Source: Dendrobates tinctorius (taxonomy: Eukaryota). Taken from it: a stretch of DNA of 64,000 bases. Position 1 is the stretch's first letter. Every line of letters starts with the position of its first letter. Positions 50,931 to 61,903 of the stretch are shown in pieces. The notes beneath the pieces are model-generated. The model saw only the letters and a list, made by a program, of their open reading frames with translations, had not been told where the DNA came from and made no database searches. The DNA lies in contig NW_027361772.1 of assembly GCF_039654945.1 (NCBI RefSeq), positions 7,502,001 to 7,566,000 on the forward strand, in the 5' to 3' direction. A program made the position numbers and the translations under genes.

Positions 50931-53559
50931 GTTCATCTAACCTGTATGAGGAACTTACGGGATCAGCCTGTTGAAATATTTATGCCCAATCCTTTCCTTT
51001 TTAGGGAAAATAAGCTTCTTCCAGAGATATCTGACAGCTGTTTTCTTCCCTTTTCCCATTAAAAGCACAAGAACGCTTGGCCAAGCCGAACATTCATGTG
51101 ACTGGGGGGAGCTGAGAGATAGCTGATGGTGGAACAAGTGATCAGTTGACAGCTATGTAAGATGTATGGCATGCTTTAGATTATAGCGATGGAGGAGAGC
51201 CGCCATGTAGAGAGATGGAAAAAATCTATATAATTTCTGGCTGTGCTGTATCTAATACACATCTAGAGTTTTCATTGGAATGAGTGTGGTTCCCCTTATA
51301 CCCCTGCCTTGTCTTCTGGGCCTAGAACCTTTGTCGATTTGATTTCTTTATTTGCATCTTTAGAGAGGAAGAGGACCTGAACTCTAGTGAAACGTATTGG
51401 AAGTAACAATCCTATAAGTCAATATCGACCTTTTAACGAGCCTTGTCACGTGACTTAGGATAAAAGTCATTAAGTCTCCTTACGCTAGCATGTCAAGAAT
51501 GTCACTCTCCACAAGGACATACGTTACCCCTTAGAGGCTTTTTTTTTGGGCGGAGGGACTTTTCCATAAAATTACAACCTGGCAACATTTTATTGCACAA
51601 GCTCAGTAACTGCATTCCTCACCCATGCCTTTGTCCAATAATGACATTTTTTTAAAATCTGAATGATTAAAAGAAGCCACATTCACCTCGTCGATCTCTT
51701 GACCCATCTTTTATTTATTTTGCTTTTCATTTGAGCCATTTGCCACCCAATTTGTTAGAGCAACCTACTTACGGATGATCTACTGATGGCAGATTTATAG
51801 ATTCATGTTTTTTTTTAACTCTTTTAATAATTGACTTTACTGCTCAATGTTCTTTTTAATTTTCCTTATACATCACCAACATAGTCCACAACACTATATA
51901 GAGATTGTCATCACTGACATTAGTCCTTGTCCCATATCGGGTCTCAAATTGGTAGGCGTTATACCACCAGCAACTTTTAACAATATGATTTATGCCCTGT
52001 AATATTTTTCCTGTATGGAAGAAACAGCCTTGAGCAATCATTACACATATTTGTTCAGTGATGCAATAAGGCAATTTAGCTTGGGTATTAGAGGGTAGGT
52101 CCGGTTGGCTCTCCACCCATGTTCTCTACAGGTGTGGATAACACTTCACCTGTGATGTGTTTTTTTTCCTGCAACTTCGTTCCTTGATCAATACAGATAA
52201 TTATATAGTTTATTCTAGGTTTTTTTTTTGCATATGTTCTATTTAAATGAAGGCGGTGGTAAATTGAAATGTGTCATTGTAATTTTTAATTAGGTAGTCT
52301 AATCTAATGAACACTTTTTTAGTCTTGCAGAGACTCAAATATTTTTTAGGGTATAGCTTAGTAACAAACGATGCAACTCAAAACTCTCATGCTTTTTTTG
52401 AAGATCCCCCATGGTCACTCATATTGAGTAGAAGTGCCGGACCGGTAGACCATTTATATTGGGTGGAATGGCCATCGAAAAAACTTACCATTAGTCACGT
52501 TTGCTGGGTTGGTTTTTTTTTTGAGACATTCCTTGTAATTGGACCACAGAGTTCGAAAGGGTTTGACTATTTTATAATAATGAGAAGTTTGTGGGCATGT
52601 GAAAGGAAAATTTGCAGTTCGATTGCCTAAAATGACTTCTGCCACTTTTAATTATGGGCTTGGCGTCATTCCAGCAGGAGACGACTCTCATGGGTACACT
52701 TACCACCCCTTGGAGACTTATCTGTACACTGCTAGACTATGTACACTTACACCTGACATCCGTTATGCATTAGGTTGCAGCTCTAAAATTTTCAGAACCA
52801 TTTTATAGGCACAGTTTTTATTTCACTTCCGTTTATTGGGTCCTCTTGATTTATTTATATGGCTGCTACATTACTTATACCAATGTTGAGTTTCCTGTAT
52901 TACTTCTCAAACGATTGGACTCGTGCTTTTATCTCGAGATATTTATGTCATAAAGATTGTGTTTTTCTCATTGTCTGTATTTATCGGCTTATTGTCAAAT
53001 TTTGCTTCCCTCTTTTTTGCATTTTAAACATTGCAGAAGATTGCATAAGCCAGAGTAGGCTCACATGTCTTTGAATGTGACTAGTTGAGGTCCTCAAAAT
53101 GCCTTGTACCTATCAAATCACATGTCATAGCACAGCCAATCAGGAGAGACTATCATAGCCTGTGTAAAAGCTGAGGCAGGGAATGCAGCAGCCATTTCAC
53201 AGGGAATTTGGATAGTGAGAGGGACAGGAGAGCAGTGAAGAATGACTGCCATCTGGTTACCTATAATTATATACCGTATGTTGGATTTACTTTCACATTA
53301 CTAGGGCTGTGTTTGCATTATAGAACTTGAAAATTGTTGAATATATTCTTAGGAGACCTCAGAGTGCTACAAATGTTTTTATGATCATTTGCAGTACTTT
53401 TGATTCCCAGAAATCGATTTGCCATGAATAAAATTTAGGAAAAGTTCAGCAAAACTTGTAAATTTTAATTTAAAAACAAAAAATTGCTAATCTCTATTAT
53501 ATGATCTTTGCAATGACAGATTTTAAAAGGTGTCAATGCATTGCACTTATTTATATTAA

Positions 53560-54240
53560 CCCCTTTCTGACATTAGACGTAATAATCCGTCCATGTAACC
53601 TGGGCCTATCTGACCATGGACGGATTATTACGTCTGTGCGATCGCCCACACACACGGGTGGTGTGCGGGCGATTACCACCGGGTGTCAGCTGATTCTGAC
53701 AGCTGACACCCAGCACTAAGTGCCAGGAGCGGTCATGCACCGCTCCCGACACTTTAACCCGCAAAATGCTGCAATAGAACGAGATTGCAGCATTCCGAGA
53801 TCCGGCAGAGGACTGACAGCCCCTCTGCCTTTGGATCGGGGAGACCCTGTGGCTTGACACGGGGTCCTGATCATTGCCATGGTGACCAGATGTCGTCATG
53901 ACGACATCCGGGTCACAAGAGCTAGGAAACATGCTGATCAGGCGCAGTGCATGATCTGAAAGTCTCTCTGTCAGTACAGATCTGACAGTTTCTACAGCAT
54001 GGGGATGCTGCTGCATATCCTTGCTGTACAAATGATCATCCTGCAAAAAATGATTGTCCCATAGTGGGGCTAAGTAAAAAAAAAGTTAAATAATTGCAAA
54101 AACATTTTTTAAAAAAAATCAAAATTAATTTAAAAAATCTAAAGATATTGTATCTATAAATAAATATTTGAATGAAAAAAATATGTAAACAATAAAAGTA
54201 CACATATTTGGAATTTCCACGTACACAACGACTCGACCTA
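53560..54240. mobile_element. piggyBac-type non-autonomous element fragment
   Basis: TTAA|CCCCTTTCTGAC left end; right end not found. Confidence 0.5.
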
Positions 54241-54460
54241 TAAGGGTATGTTTCCACGCTGCGTACTTTAAGCGCTTTGGACGCAGCAGAAACCCCGCTC
54301 TGCCCAAAGCGCGGCCCCCTGTTGTACGCGCGGTGACCTCGGTCATTGACTTGCAAACCACCCTTGAGTAGAATCATAGAATCATAGAATCATAGAATCG
54401 TAGAGTTGGAAGGGACCTCCTGGGCCATCTGGTCCAACCCCCTGCTCAAAGCAGGATTCG

Positions 54461-57391
54461 CTAAATCATCCCAGTCAGATGTCTGTCCAGCCTCTGTTTG
54501 AAGACTTCCATTGAAGGAGAACTCACCACTTCTCGTGGCAGCCTGTTCCACTCATTGATCACTCTAACTGTCAAAAAGTTTTTTCTAATATCTAATCTGT
54601 GTCTCTGCCCATTCAGTTTCATCCCATTGCTTCTAGTCTTTCCTTGTGCAAATGAGAATAAAGTTGATCCTTCTACAATGTGACAGCCCTTTAGATATTT
54701 GTAGACAGCTATTAAGTCTCCTCTCAGTCTTCTCTTTTGCAAACTAAACATTCCCAAATCCTGCAACCTTTCCTCATAAGACAGGGTTTGCAGACCGGTC
54801 ACCATTCTGGTCGCTCTTTTCTGAACTTGCTCCAGTTTGTTGATGTCTTTTTTAAAATGTGGTGCCCAAAACTGGACACAATATTCCAGATGAGGTCTGA
54901 CCAAAGAGGAGTAGAGGGAAATAATGACTTCACGTGATCTAGACTGTATGCTTCTGTTAATACATCCTAGAATTGCATTTGCCTTTTTTGCTGCTGCATC
55001 ACACTGTTGACTCATATTCAGTCTGTGATCTATTAGTATACCCAAGTCTTTTTCACATGTGCTGTCACTTAGCCCTATTCCTCCCATTCTATATATGCTT
55101 TTTTCATTTTTATTGCCCAGATGTAGTACTTTGCATTTCTCCCTGTTAAAAACCATTCTGTTAGTTGCTGCCCACTTCTCCAGTTTATTTAAATCTTTTT
55201 GAATCCTCTCTCTCTCTTCTCTAGTATTAGCTATCCCTCCTAGCTTTGTGTCATCCGCAAATTTAATCAGTTTACCCTCAATTCCTTCATCTAAATCGTT
55301 GATAAAGATGTTGAACAATACAGGGCCCAGGACAGAGCCCTGTGGTACCCCACTTGAGACATTCTTCCAACTGGATGTGCAGCCATTTACGACCACTCTT
55401 TGGGTCCGATCACTAAGCCAGTTATGAATCCACCTAACAGTTGCCTTGTCCATTCCATACTTAGTCATTTTTTCAATAAGGATTGTATGAGAGACTTTGT
55501 CAAATGCTTTGCTGAAGTCAAGATATACTATATCTACAGCATTTCCTTGATCCACCCAATCAGTGATACCGTCATAGAAGGAAATTAAGTTAGTCTGACA
55601 TGACTTATTAGTTAGAAACCCATGCTGACTCTGTTTAATCACTTCATTCTTATCCAGGTATTGACATACATGTTGTTTAATAATTTGTTCAAAGATCTTT
55701 CCTGGTATAGAAGTCAGACTCACCGGCCTATAGTTGCCTGGGTCCACCTTCTTCCCCTTTTTGAAGATAGGAACAACATTTGCTCTTCTCCAGTCTTCTG
55801 GCACTTCTCCTGTTCTCCAAGAATTTTCAAAGATTATGGAGAGGGGTTCAAAAATTTCTTCTGCTATCTCCTTCAGTACTCTGGGGTGTAATTCATCTGG
55901 ACCTGGAGACTTGAATTCATTTAGGTTAGCTAAGTGTTTCCTCACTATCTTTCTGTTTATAGATATCCTGGATTCTTCTATTCCCTTAATAGGACAGTGA
56001 ATAACAGTTGATGTTGCATTTCCTTTCTGAGAGAAAACAGATGCAAAATAGGAATTTAAAAGTTCAGCCTTCTCAACATCCTGTCTTACCATTTCATCAT
56101 TTTCATCCTGTAAAAATCCTATAGCATCTTTGACTTTTCTTTTACTTTTGACATATCCCCAAAATCCTTTATTATTGCTTTTGACATCTCTTGCAAGCCT
56201 CAGTTCATTTTCAGCTTTAGCTAATCTGATTTGTGCCCTGCAGGTTCTGCAGACAGCATTATATTCTTCTTTAGATATGCCTCCCTCTTTCCATTTTATA
56301 AACATTTTTTTCTTCCTTTTTAGCATGTGCTTAAGTTCTGTGTTCATCCATCCTGGTTTCCTTAAATGCTTCCTATTCTTCCCTCTTTTCGGAATTGTTA
56401 ACAACTGTGCTTTGAGAATTTCATTTTTCAAGATTTCCCATCCTTCCTGGACATTTTTGTCTTTAAGGATATCCAGCCATTGGATCCCTCCAATTCTCTT
56501 TCTGAATCCCTTAAAATCTGCCTTTCTGAAATCTAACCTTGACGTCTGAGTCTTCACAGGTCTTCCACCTCTAGTAATCCAAAATTCTAAAATAGCATGG
56601 TCGCTACCTCCTAGGGTCCCAGCCACTTTTACCTCCTCAACCATTTCCTCCCTGTTTATAAGGATTAGATCCAAGGTAGCAGTTCCCCTTGTTTTCTCCC
56701 TTACCTTTTGGAAGATAAAGTTGTCAGCAAGAGAGGATAAGAATTTCCTTGACCTGTTAGTTTTGCCTGAGAGAGATTCCCAACAAATGTCTGGATAGTT
56801 GAAATCTCCCATGACAACTATGTCATATTTTTTGGAGAACTTGGCCATCTGATGCATAAAGAGTTCATCTATATCTTCGGCTTGCACAGGCGGCCTGTAG
56901 TAAATGCCTAAAATGGTGTCCTTTCCATTGTTCTGTCCTTGTATTCTTACCCAAACAGTTTCCACAGAACTCCCAGTCTCTGAAGCTTCAATCTCTGTGC
57001 AGATATACGCGTTTCGAACATACAATGCGACACCCCCTCCTCGTTTATCAAGTCTGTTTCTTGCAAATAAGTTGTATCCTTCTAGTCTTGTATTCCAATC
57101 ATGTGTATTGTCCCACCAAGTTTCAGTGATTCCAATTACATCATATTTCTGTTCCTGTGTTAGTAGTTCCAATTCTCCTTGTTTGTTGCCCATGCTTTGT
57201 GCATTAGTATAGAAACATTTTAGTTTGTGATTGGTTTCTCTTTCTCCAATATTTTTATTAATTAGATTCTTTCGTCTTTGTTCTTCCTTTCCACTTCTAA
57301 TAGCAGAGTTCTCAATAGCATTTGTCAGGTGTATGGCTTTTTCTGGTCTTTTGCTTCCCTTCCCATGTTGTTCTAGTTTAAAGCTCTCCAT
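54461..57391 (-). CDS. CR1 ORF2: APE endonuclease plus reverse transcriptase (976 aa)
   Basis: YTNAQS, ITETWW, GDFNYP, LDLIL and SDH (APE); YRPVSLTS, LDFSKAFD, GVPQGSVLGP and FADD (RT). Confidence 0.97.
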   Translation of the reverse strand: MESFKLEQHGKGSKRPEKAIHLTNAIENSAIRSGKEEQRRKNLINKNIGERETNHKLKCFYTNAQSMGNKQGELELLTQEQKYDVIGITETWWDNTHDWNTRLEGYNLFARNRLDKRGGGVALYVRNAYICTEIEASETGSSVETVWVRIQGQNNGKDTILGIYYRPPVQAEDIDELFMHQMAKFSKKYDIVVMGDFNYPDICWESLSGKTNRSRKFLSSLADNFIFQKVREKTRGTATLDLILINREEMVEEVKVAGTLGGSDHAILEFWITRGGRPVKTQTSRLDFRKADFKGFRKRIGGIQWLDILKDKNVQEGWEILKNEILKAQLLTIPKRGKNRKHLRKPGWMNTELKHMLKRKKKMFIKWKEGGISKEEYNAVCRTCRAQIRLAKAENELRLARDVKSNNKGFWGYVKSKRKVKDAIGFLQDENDEMVRQDVEKAELLNSYFASVFSQKGNATSTVIHCPIKGIEESRISINRKIVRKHLANLNEFKSPGPDELHPRVLKEIAEEIFEPLSIIFENSWRTGEVPEDWRRANVVPIFKKGKKVDPGNYRPVSLTSIPGKIFEQIIKQHVCQYLDKNEVIKQSQHGFLTNKSCQTNLISFYDGITDWVDQGNAVDIVYLDFSKAFDKVSHTILIEKMTKYGMDKATVRWIHNWLSDRTQRVVVNGCTSSWKNVSSGVPQGSVLGPVLFNIFINDLDEGIEGKLIKFADDTKLGGIANTREERERIQKDLNKLEKWAATNRMVFNREKCKVLHLGNKNEKSIYRMGGIGLSDSTCEKDLGILIDHRLNMSQQCDAAAKKANAILGCINRSIQSRSREVIISLYSSLVRPHLEYCVQFWAPHFKKDINKLEQVQKRATRMVTGLQTLSYEERLQDLGMFSLQKRRLRGDLIAVYKYLKGCHIVEGSTLFSFAQGKTRSNGMKLNGQRHRLDIRKNFLTVRVINEWNRLPREVVSSPSMEVFKQRLDRHLTGMI

Positions 57392-58335
57392 ACAAGTGTA
57401 GCAAGGCGACTTCCAAATACATGCTTTCCAGTCTTCGTAAGGTGCACCCCATCTCTAGCAAGTAGTCCATCGTATAAGTAGTTCACTCCGTGATCCAGAA
57501 ATCCAAATAGTTGCTGACGGCACCATCGACGTAGCCAGTTGTTCACCTGCAGAATCTTATTCCACCTCCTTGTTCCATGGCCATCCACTGGGAGGATGGA
57601 AGAGAAGACCACCTGCGCTCCCAGTTCTTTCACTTTCTTGCCTAAGTCTTCAAAGTCTCTGCAGATGGTTTCCAGGTCGTTTCTTGCGGTGTCATTTGTC
57701 CCCACATGTAGTAGCAGGAATGGGTAGTCATCTGTAGGTCTGAAGAGTCCTGATATCCTGTCAGACACATCTTTAATTTTTGCACCTGGAAGACAGCACA
57801 TTTCTCTTGTAGTTATATCCGGTCTGCAGATAGCGGCCTCTGTTCCTCTCAACAGGGAATCCCCCATGACCACCACTCTCCGTTTCTTCTTCACAACATT
57901 TTTCTTTCTCCATCCAGGAGGACTCTGAGGGCGTACAAGGTTGCTGTTTGTTGGCAAAGTCTTATCCTGATGTATTTCTTCATCGTTTTCCTGCGTGAGA
58001 GCCTGGTACTGGTTCCTGAGCAGTATGGGTGCTGACTGCCTCCTGATCCTCCTGCTTCTCTGGGTCACATGTCTCCATTCCTCTGTTTCTTCAGGTGCAC
58101 TTCGAATTTCTTCTCTTTCTGTAACATGAAGAGATAATTCTGCTCTGTCCAAGAACTCTTCACCTTCCTTAATGATCTTCAACGTAGCTAACCTCTCTTC
58201 GAGATTTTGCAACTTTTCCTCCAACAGGGACACAAGCTTGCATTTGTGGCATGTGAAGTTTGGCTTTTCCACTGGTAAATCTGTGAACATGTAGCAAGAA
58301 ATGCAGCTCACCAAATGGCTCCTGGCCTCTTCCAT
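57373..58335 (-). CDS. CR1 ORF1: zinc finger/leucine zipper plus SGNH esterase-like domain (320 aa from ATG 58335)
   Basis: CISC..CHKC followed by a heptad zipper; GDSLLRG, GTND and DGVHL esterase motifs; overlaps the ORF2 start. Confidence 0.92.
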   Translation of the reverse strand: MEEARSHLVSCISCYMFTDLPVEKPNFTCHKCKLVSLLEEKLQNLEERLATLKIIKEGEEFLDRAELSLHVTEREEIRSAPEETEEWRHVTQRSRRIRRQSAPILLRNQYQALTQENDEEIHQDKTLPTNSNLVRPQSPPGWRKKNVVKKKRRVVVMGDSLLRGTEAAICRPDITTREMCCLPGAKIKDVSDRISGLFRPTDDYPFLLLHVGTNDTARNDLETICRDFEDLGKKVKELGAQVVFSSILPVDGHGTRRWNKILQVNNWLRRWCRQQLFGFLDHGVNYLYDGLLARDGVHLTKTGKHVFGSRLATLVWRALN

Positions 58336-58589
58336 CTTGAGATTTCTTAAAAACGATGAAAGATGAGCCAAATTTCGCGCACCTATCGGCGCGCGGTTTT
58401 TCCAATTTCCTCTTTTCAGCTGCAACGGCCAAAACCCAGTGATCGTTGAGCTCGCGGAGACTCTTCACTTATCCCAGAAGGCACTGGGAATATGCAAATG
58501 ATCTCCTCAAGACTCTTCCCCTGGTTATAAAGTATAAGTATATAGTATAAAGGGGTATAAAGGGGTTAAGACTCTTAAGAGTGGGGGGA

Positions 58590-59620
58590 TTTTACTAGAG
58601 ACTAGACAATTGGTCCTTGGTTCCGGGATTCTGTCAGAATGATATACAAGGCCCCTAGTTCTAGAATGATGATCAATAACACCCTTTCTCAGCCTTTCAA
58701 TATTCAGAGAGGCACAGAGACAGGGATGCCCCTTTTCGCCTCTCCTTTTTAACATAGCCTTTGGATCCCTTACTGAGAACACTGCAAAACCTGACAATAT
58801 ATGAGGGAACAGGGATAGGACCAGCAATGGTTAAAATTTTAGCATTTGCAGACGACATCCTAGTTTTTATCTCTAATTCATCCCAAGCAATCCCGGTTAT
58901 AATGGAGACTCTAAATAGCTTTGGGGAAATATCAGGATTTAAAATAAACTATACCAAGTCAGAAGCCCTAGCATTATTCAGGGCGGGAAAAATTGGACTA
59001 GACTCATTCCCATTTCACTGTAGAACTGATTCCATTAAATATTTGGGAGTACACCTCCCAGCTAATCCAACACAACTCTAAAGGATTAATTACAAACCCC
59101 TAATTACATCCATAATTCAGATTCTTCCTTCCTGGAAACATTTTACTTTAACATTCTTAGGCAGATGTCATCTAATTAAAATGGTAATTTTCCCCAAACG
59201 AATGTATTTGTTCCAGACACTCCCCCTGTTACTTCATAAATCGGAATTAACTTCCCAGATCTTTATAAATATAACCTAGCGGTGAACTTTCGTTATGCAA
59301 TTGACTGGATAACGGGGAAGTCCCACTTTGCTAATGTACAGGTAGAGCAACAACTTTGTCACCAAATTTCATTAGCAACCCTAATACACCTACATAATGA
59401 AGAAATTCCTAACGATGGTAAGGAACACCCAACACTCTGGTCCACAATTCTTACCTGGCGTAGGGTTCGAAAACTATGTGGGCTTGATATCTCTATATAC
59501 TCTTCCCCATTTCAGCCATTCGAGGGTCATCCTCAATTTCTGGGAGGGAAACCTTCTTTGATATACAAAGTACTAGAGACACAGGGTTGTACTAAGGCGG
59601 TAAATTTAATGAGTTATGAC
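58590..59620 (+). mobile_element. L1-clade LINE ORF2 fragment (decayed)
   Basis: RQGCPFSPLLFNIA, AFADDILV, SGFKINYTKS and IKYLGV motifs with frameshifts. Confidence 0.85.
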
Positions 59621-60270
59621 TAGAGTTGAGCGAAACGGGTCGAAAAATTTCAAAAGTCGCCGACTTTTGGCAAAGTCGGGTTTCATGAAACGAAACCCGA
59701 CCCTAGGATGAGGTCGGCCACGAGGTCGGCGACTTAAGCGCCAAAGTCGCGTTTCAAAAGTTTGTTTTGCGCTCTTTTTCAGCCAATCAGGATCCACGGA
59801 CACTGTGGGCAACGTGATGACATAGGCAGGGGTCACCAACATCTTTCAGAAAGGCATGCAAGTAATTGGCTTGCTTTGGTGGGCGTCACAGGGGTTATAA
59901 AAGGGCGTGCACGCCGACCGCCATGTTACTCATGCTGATCTCAGAATAGGGAGAGGTTGCTGCTGCTGCAGATTCTGTAGGGAGAGCGTTATGCAGGGAA
60001 GAAGACACCAAAAACTGCTTCTGCTGCTAGCGATTTTGCCTGTACAACACACCAGTCACTGTGTGTGCAGTGCAAGTGGAGGCTATATTTTGCTGGATCA
60101 GCGGTGTTGGTGGTTAGGCTGCCTTCTAAGGCTTCCTGATGGCTGCATTGCTGTTTACCCACTGCTCTGCAAACTGCTTTTTTAAAAGCAATCTCATTTT
60201 TTTTTTTGTCCTGGTGAGGTACTGAGCGTGCATTTTTTCACACCATACAGCGGTGCACACTCCTCACACA

Positions 60271-61140
60271 GTACCGTGTAACAGCTGTTATCACAGCCAC
60301 AGTGAAGCTATCTGTGTGTCACTCTGTAAGAATAAGTCGAGGACATGTTCCGTTCTTACAGACCTGCACCTTCTAGTTTTGTCTAGCTTTCAAACAGTTA
60401 AATATATTTGCTGTTTGATCACATTCAAAACTATAGAGAGACAGCGTGTGTCAGTCTGTATACTTAAAAAACACGGAGCTTGACAATTTTACGTACACCG
60501 GACAGCCGTGTACGTGCACGCTCCTCTCTCAGTACCGTGTAACGGCTGTTATCACGGCCACAGTGAAGCTATCTGTGTGTCACTCTGTAAGAATAAGTCG
60601 AGGACATGTTCCATTCTTACAAACCTGCACCTTCTAGTTTTGTCTAGCTTTCAAACAGTTAAATATATTTGCTGTTTGATCACATTCAAAACTATAGAGA
60701 GACAGCGTGTGTCAGTCCGTATACTTAAAAAACACAGAGCTTGACAATTTTACGTACAGCCGTGTACGTGCACGCTCCTCTCTCAGTACCGTGTAACGGC
60801 TGTTATCACGGCCACAGTGAAGCTATCTGTGTGTCGCTCTGTAAGGATAAGTCGAGGACATGTTCCGTTCTTACAGACCTGCACCTTCTAGTTTTGTCTA
60901 GTTTTCAAACAGTTAAATATATTTGCTGTTTGATCACATTCAAAACTATAGAGAGACAGCGTGTGTCAGTCCGTATACTTAAAAAACACAGAGCTTGACA
61001 ATTTTACGTACACCGGACAGCCGTGTACGTGCACACTCCTCTCTCAGTACCGTGTAACGGCTGTTATCACGGCCACAGTGAAGCTATCTGTGTGTCGCAC
61101 TGTAAGGATAAGTCGAGGACTTGTTCCATTCTTACAGACC
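60271..61140. repeat. About 255-261-bp tandem repeat x3.4 within the hAT
   Basis: GTACCGTGTAAC recurs at 60271, 60532, 60786 and 61047. Confidence 0.9.
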
Positions 61141-61214
61141 TACACTCTAGGGAGATTCCTATTCTGCCCAATTCTATATACACCTTGTATTTTGTCATAC
61201 ACAAGCCAATTTCT

Positions 61215-61826
61215 GCCTGTGACATAGCGCTGTGATATTCACTGGGCCTCACACAATCCAAAAGTGTCTAGTGTCCACAAGTGTGTGCTGAAATTCAAAA
61301 TCTCCGTTATCCTCTAGTCACATTTTTCACACCTGCGACATCGAGCCTGTGACATAGCGCTGTGATATTCAGTGGGCCTCACACAATCCAAAAGTGTCCA
61401 GTGTCCACAAGTGTGTGCAGAAATTCAAAATCTCCGTTATCCTCTAGTGACATTTTTCACACCTGCGACATCGAGCCAGTGACATAGCGCTGTGATATTC
61501 AGTGGGCCCTCACACAATCCAAAAGTGTCCAGTGTCTACAAGTGTGTGCAGAAATTCAAAATCTCCGTTATCCTCTAGTGACATTTTTCACACCTGTGAC
61601 ATCGAGCCTGTGACATAGCGCTGTGATATTCAGTGGGCCTCACACAATCCAAAAGTGTCCAGTGTCCACAAGTGTGTGCAGAAATTCAAAATCTCCGTTA
61701 TCCTCTAGTGACATTTTTCACACCTGCGACATCGAGCCTGTGACATAGCGCTGTGATATTCAGTGGGCCTCACACAATCCAAAAGTGTCCAGTGTCCACA
61801 AGTGTGTGCAGAAATTCAAAATCTCC
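61215..61826. repeat. About 130-bp tandem repeat x4.7 within the hAT
   Basis: GTGACATAGCGCTGTGATATTC recurs every 130 bp or so. Confidence 0.9.
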
Positions 61827-61903
61827 CCTGTCCTATAGACACCTTGTACCTTGTTTTACATTACTATATAGTTTGTTGGGTTTTGTCTACATTTCTACCA
61901 AAA

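Larger units (their letters stand above)
54368..58525 (-). mobile_element. Full-length CR1 LINE
   Basis: ORF1 and ORF2 intact; 3' (ATTCTATG)n octamer tail at about 54368-54403; 5' boundary approximate. Confidence 0.95.

Noticed and set aside
51856-53074. Possible decayed coding remnant
   Set aside because: Short fragmented ORFs with no identifiable family.
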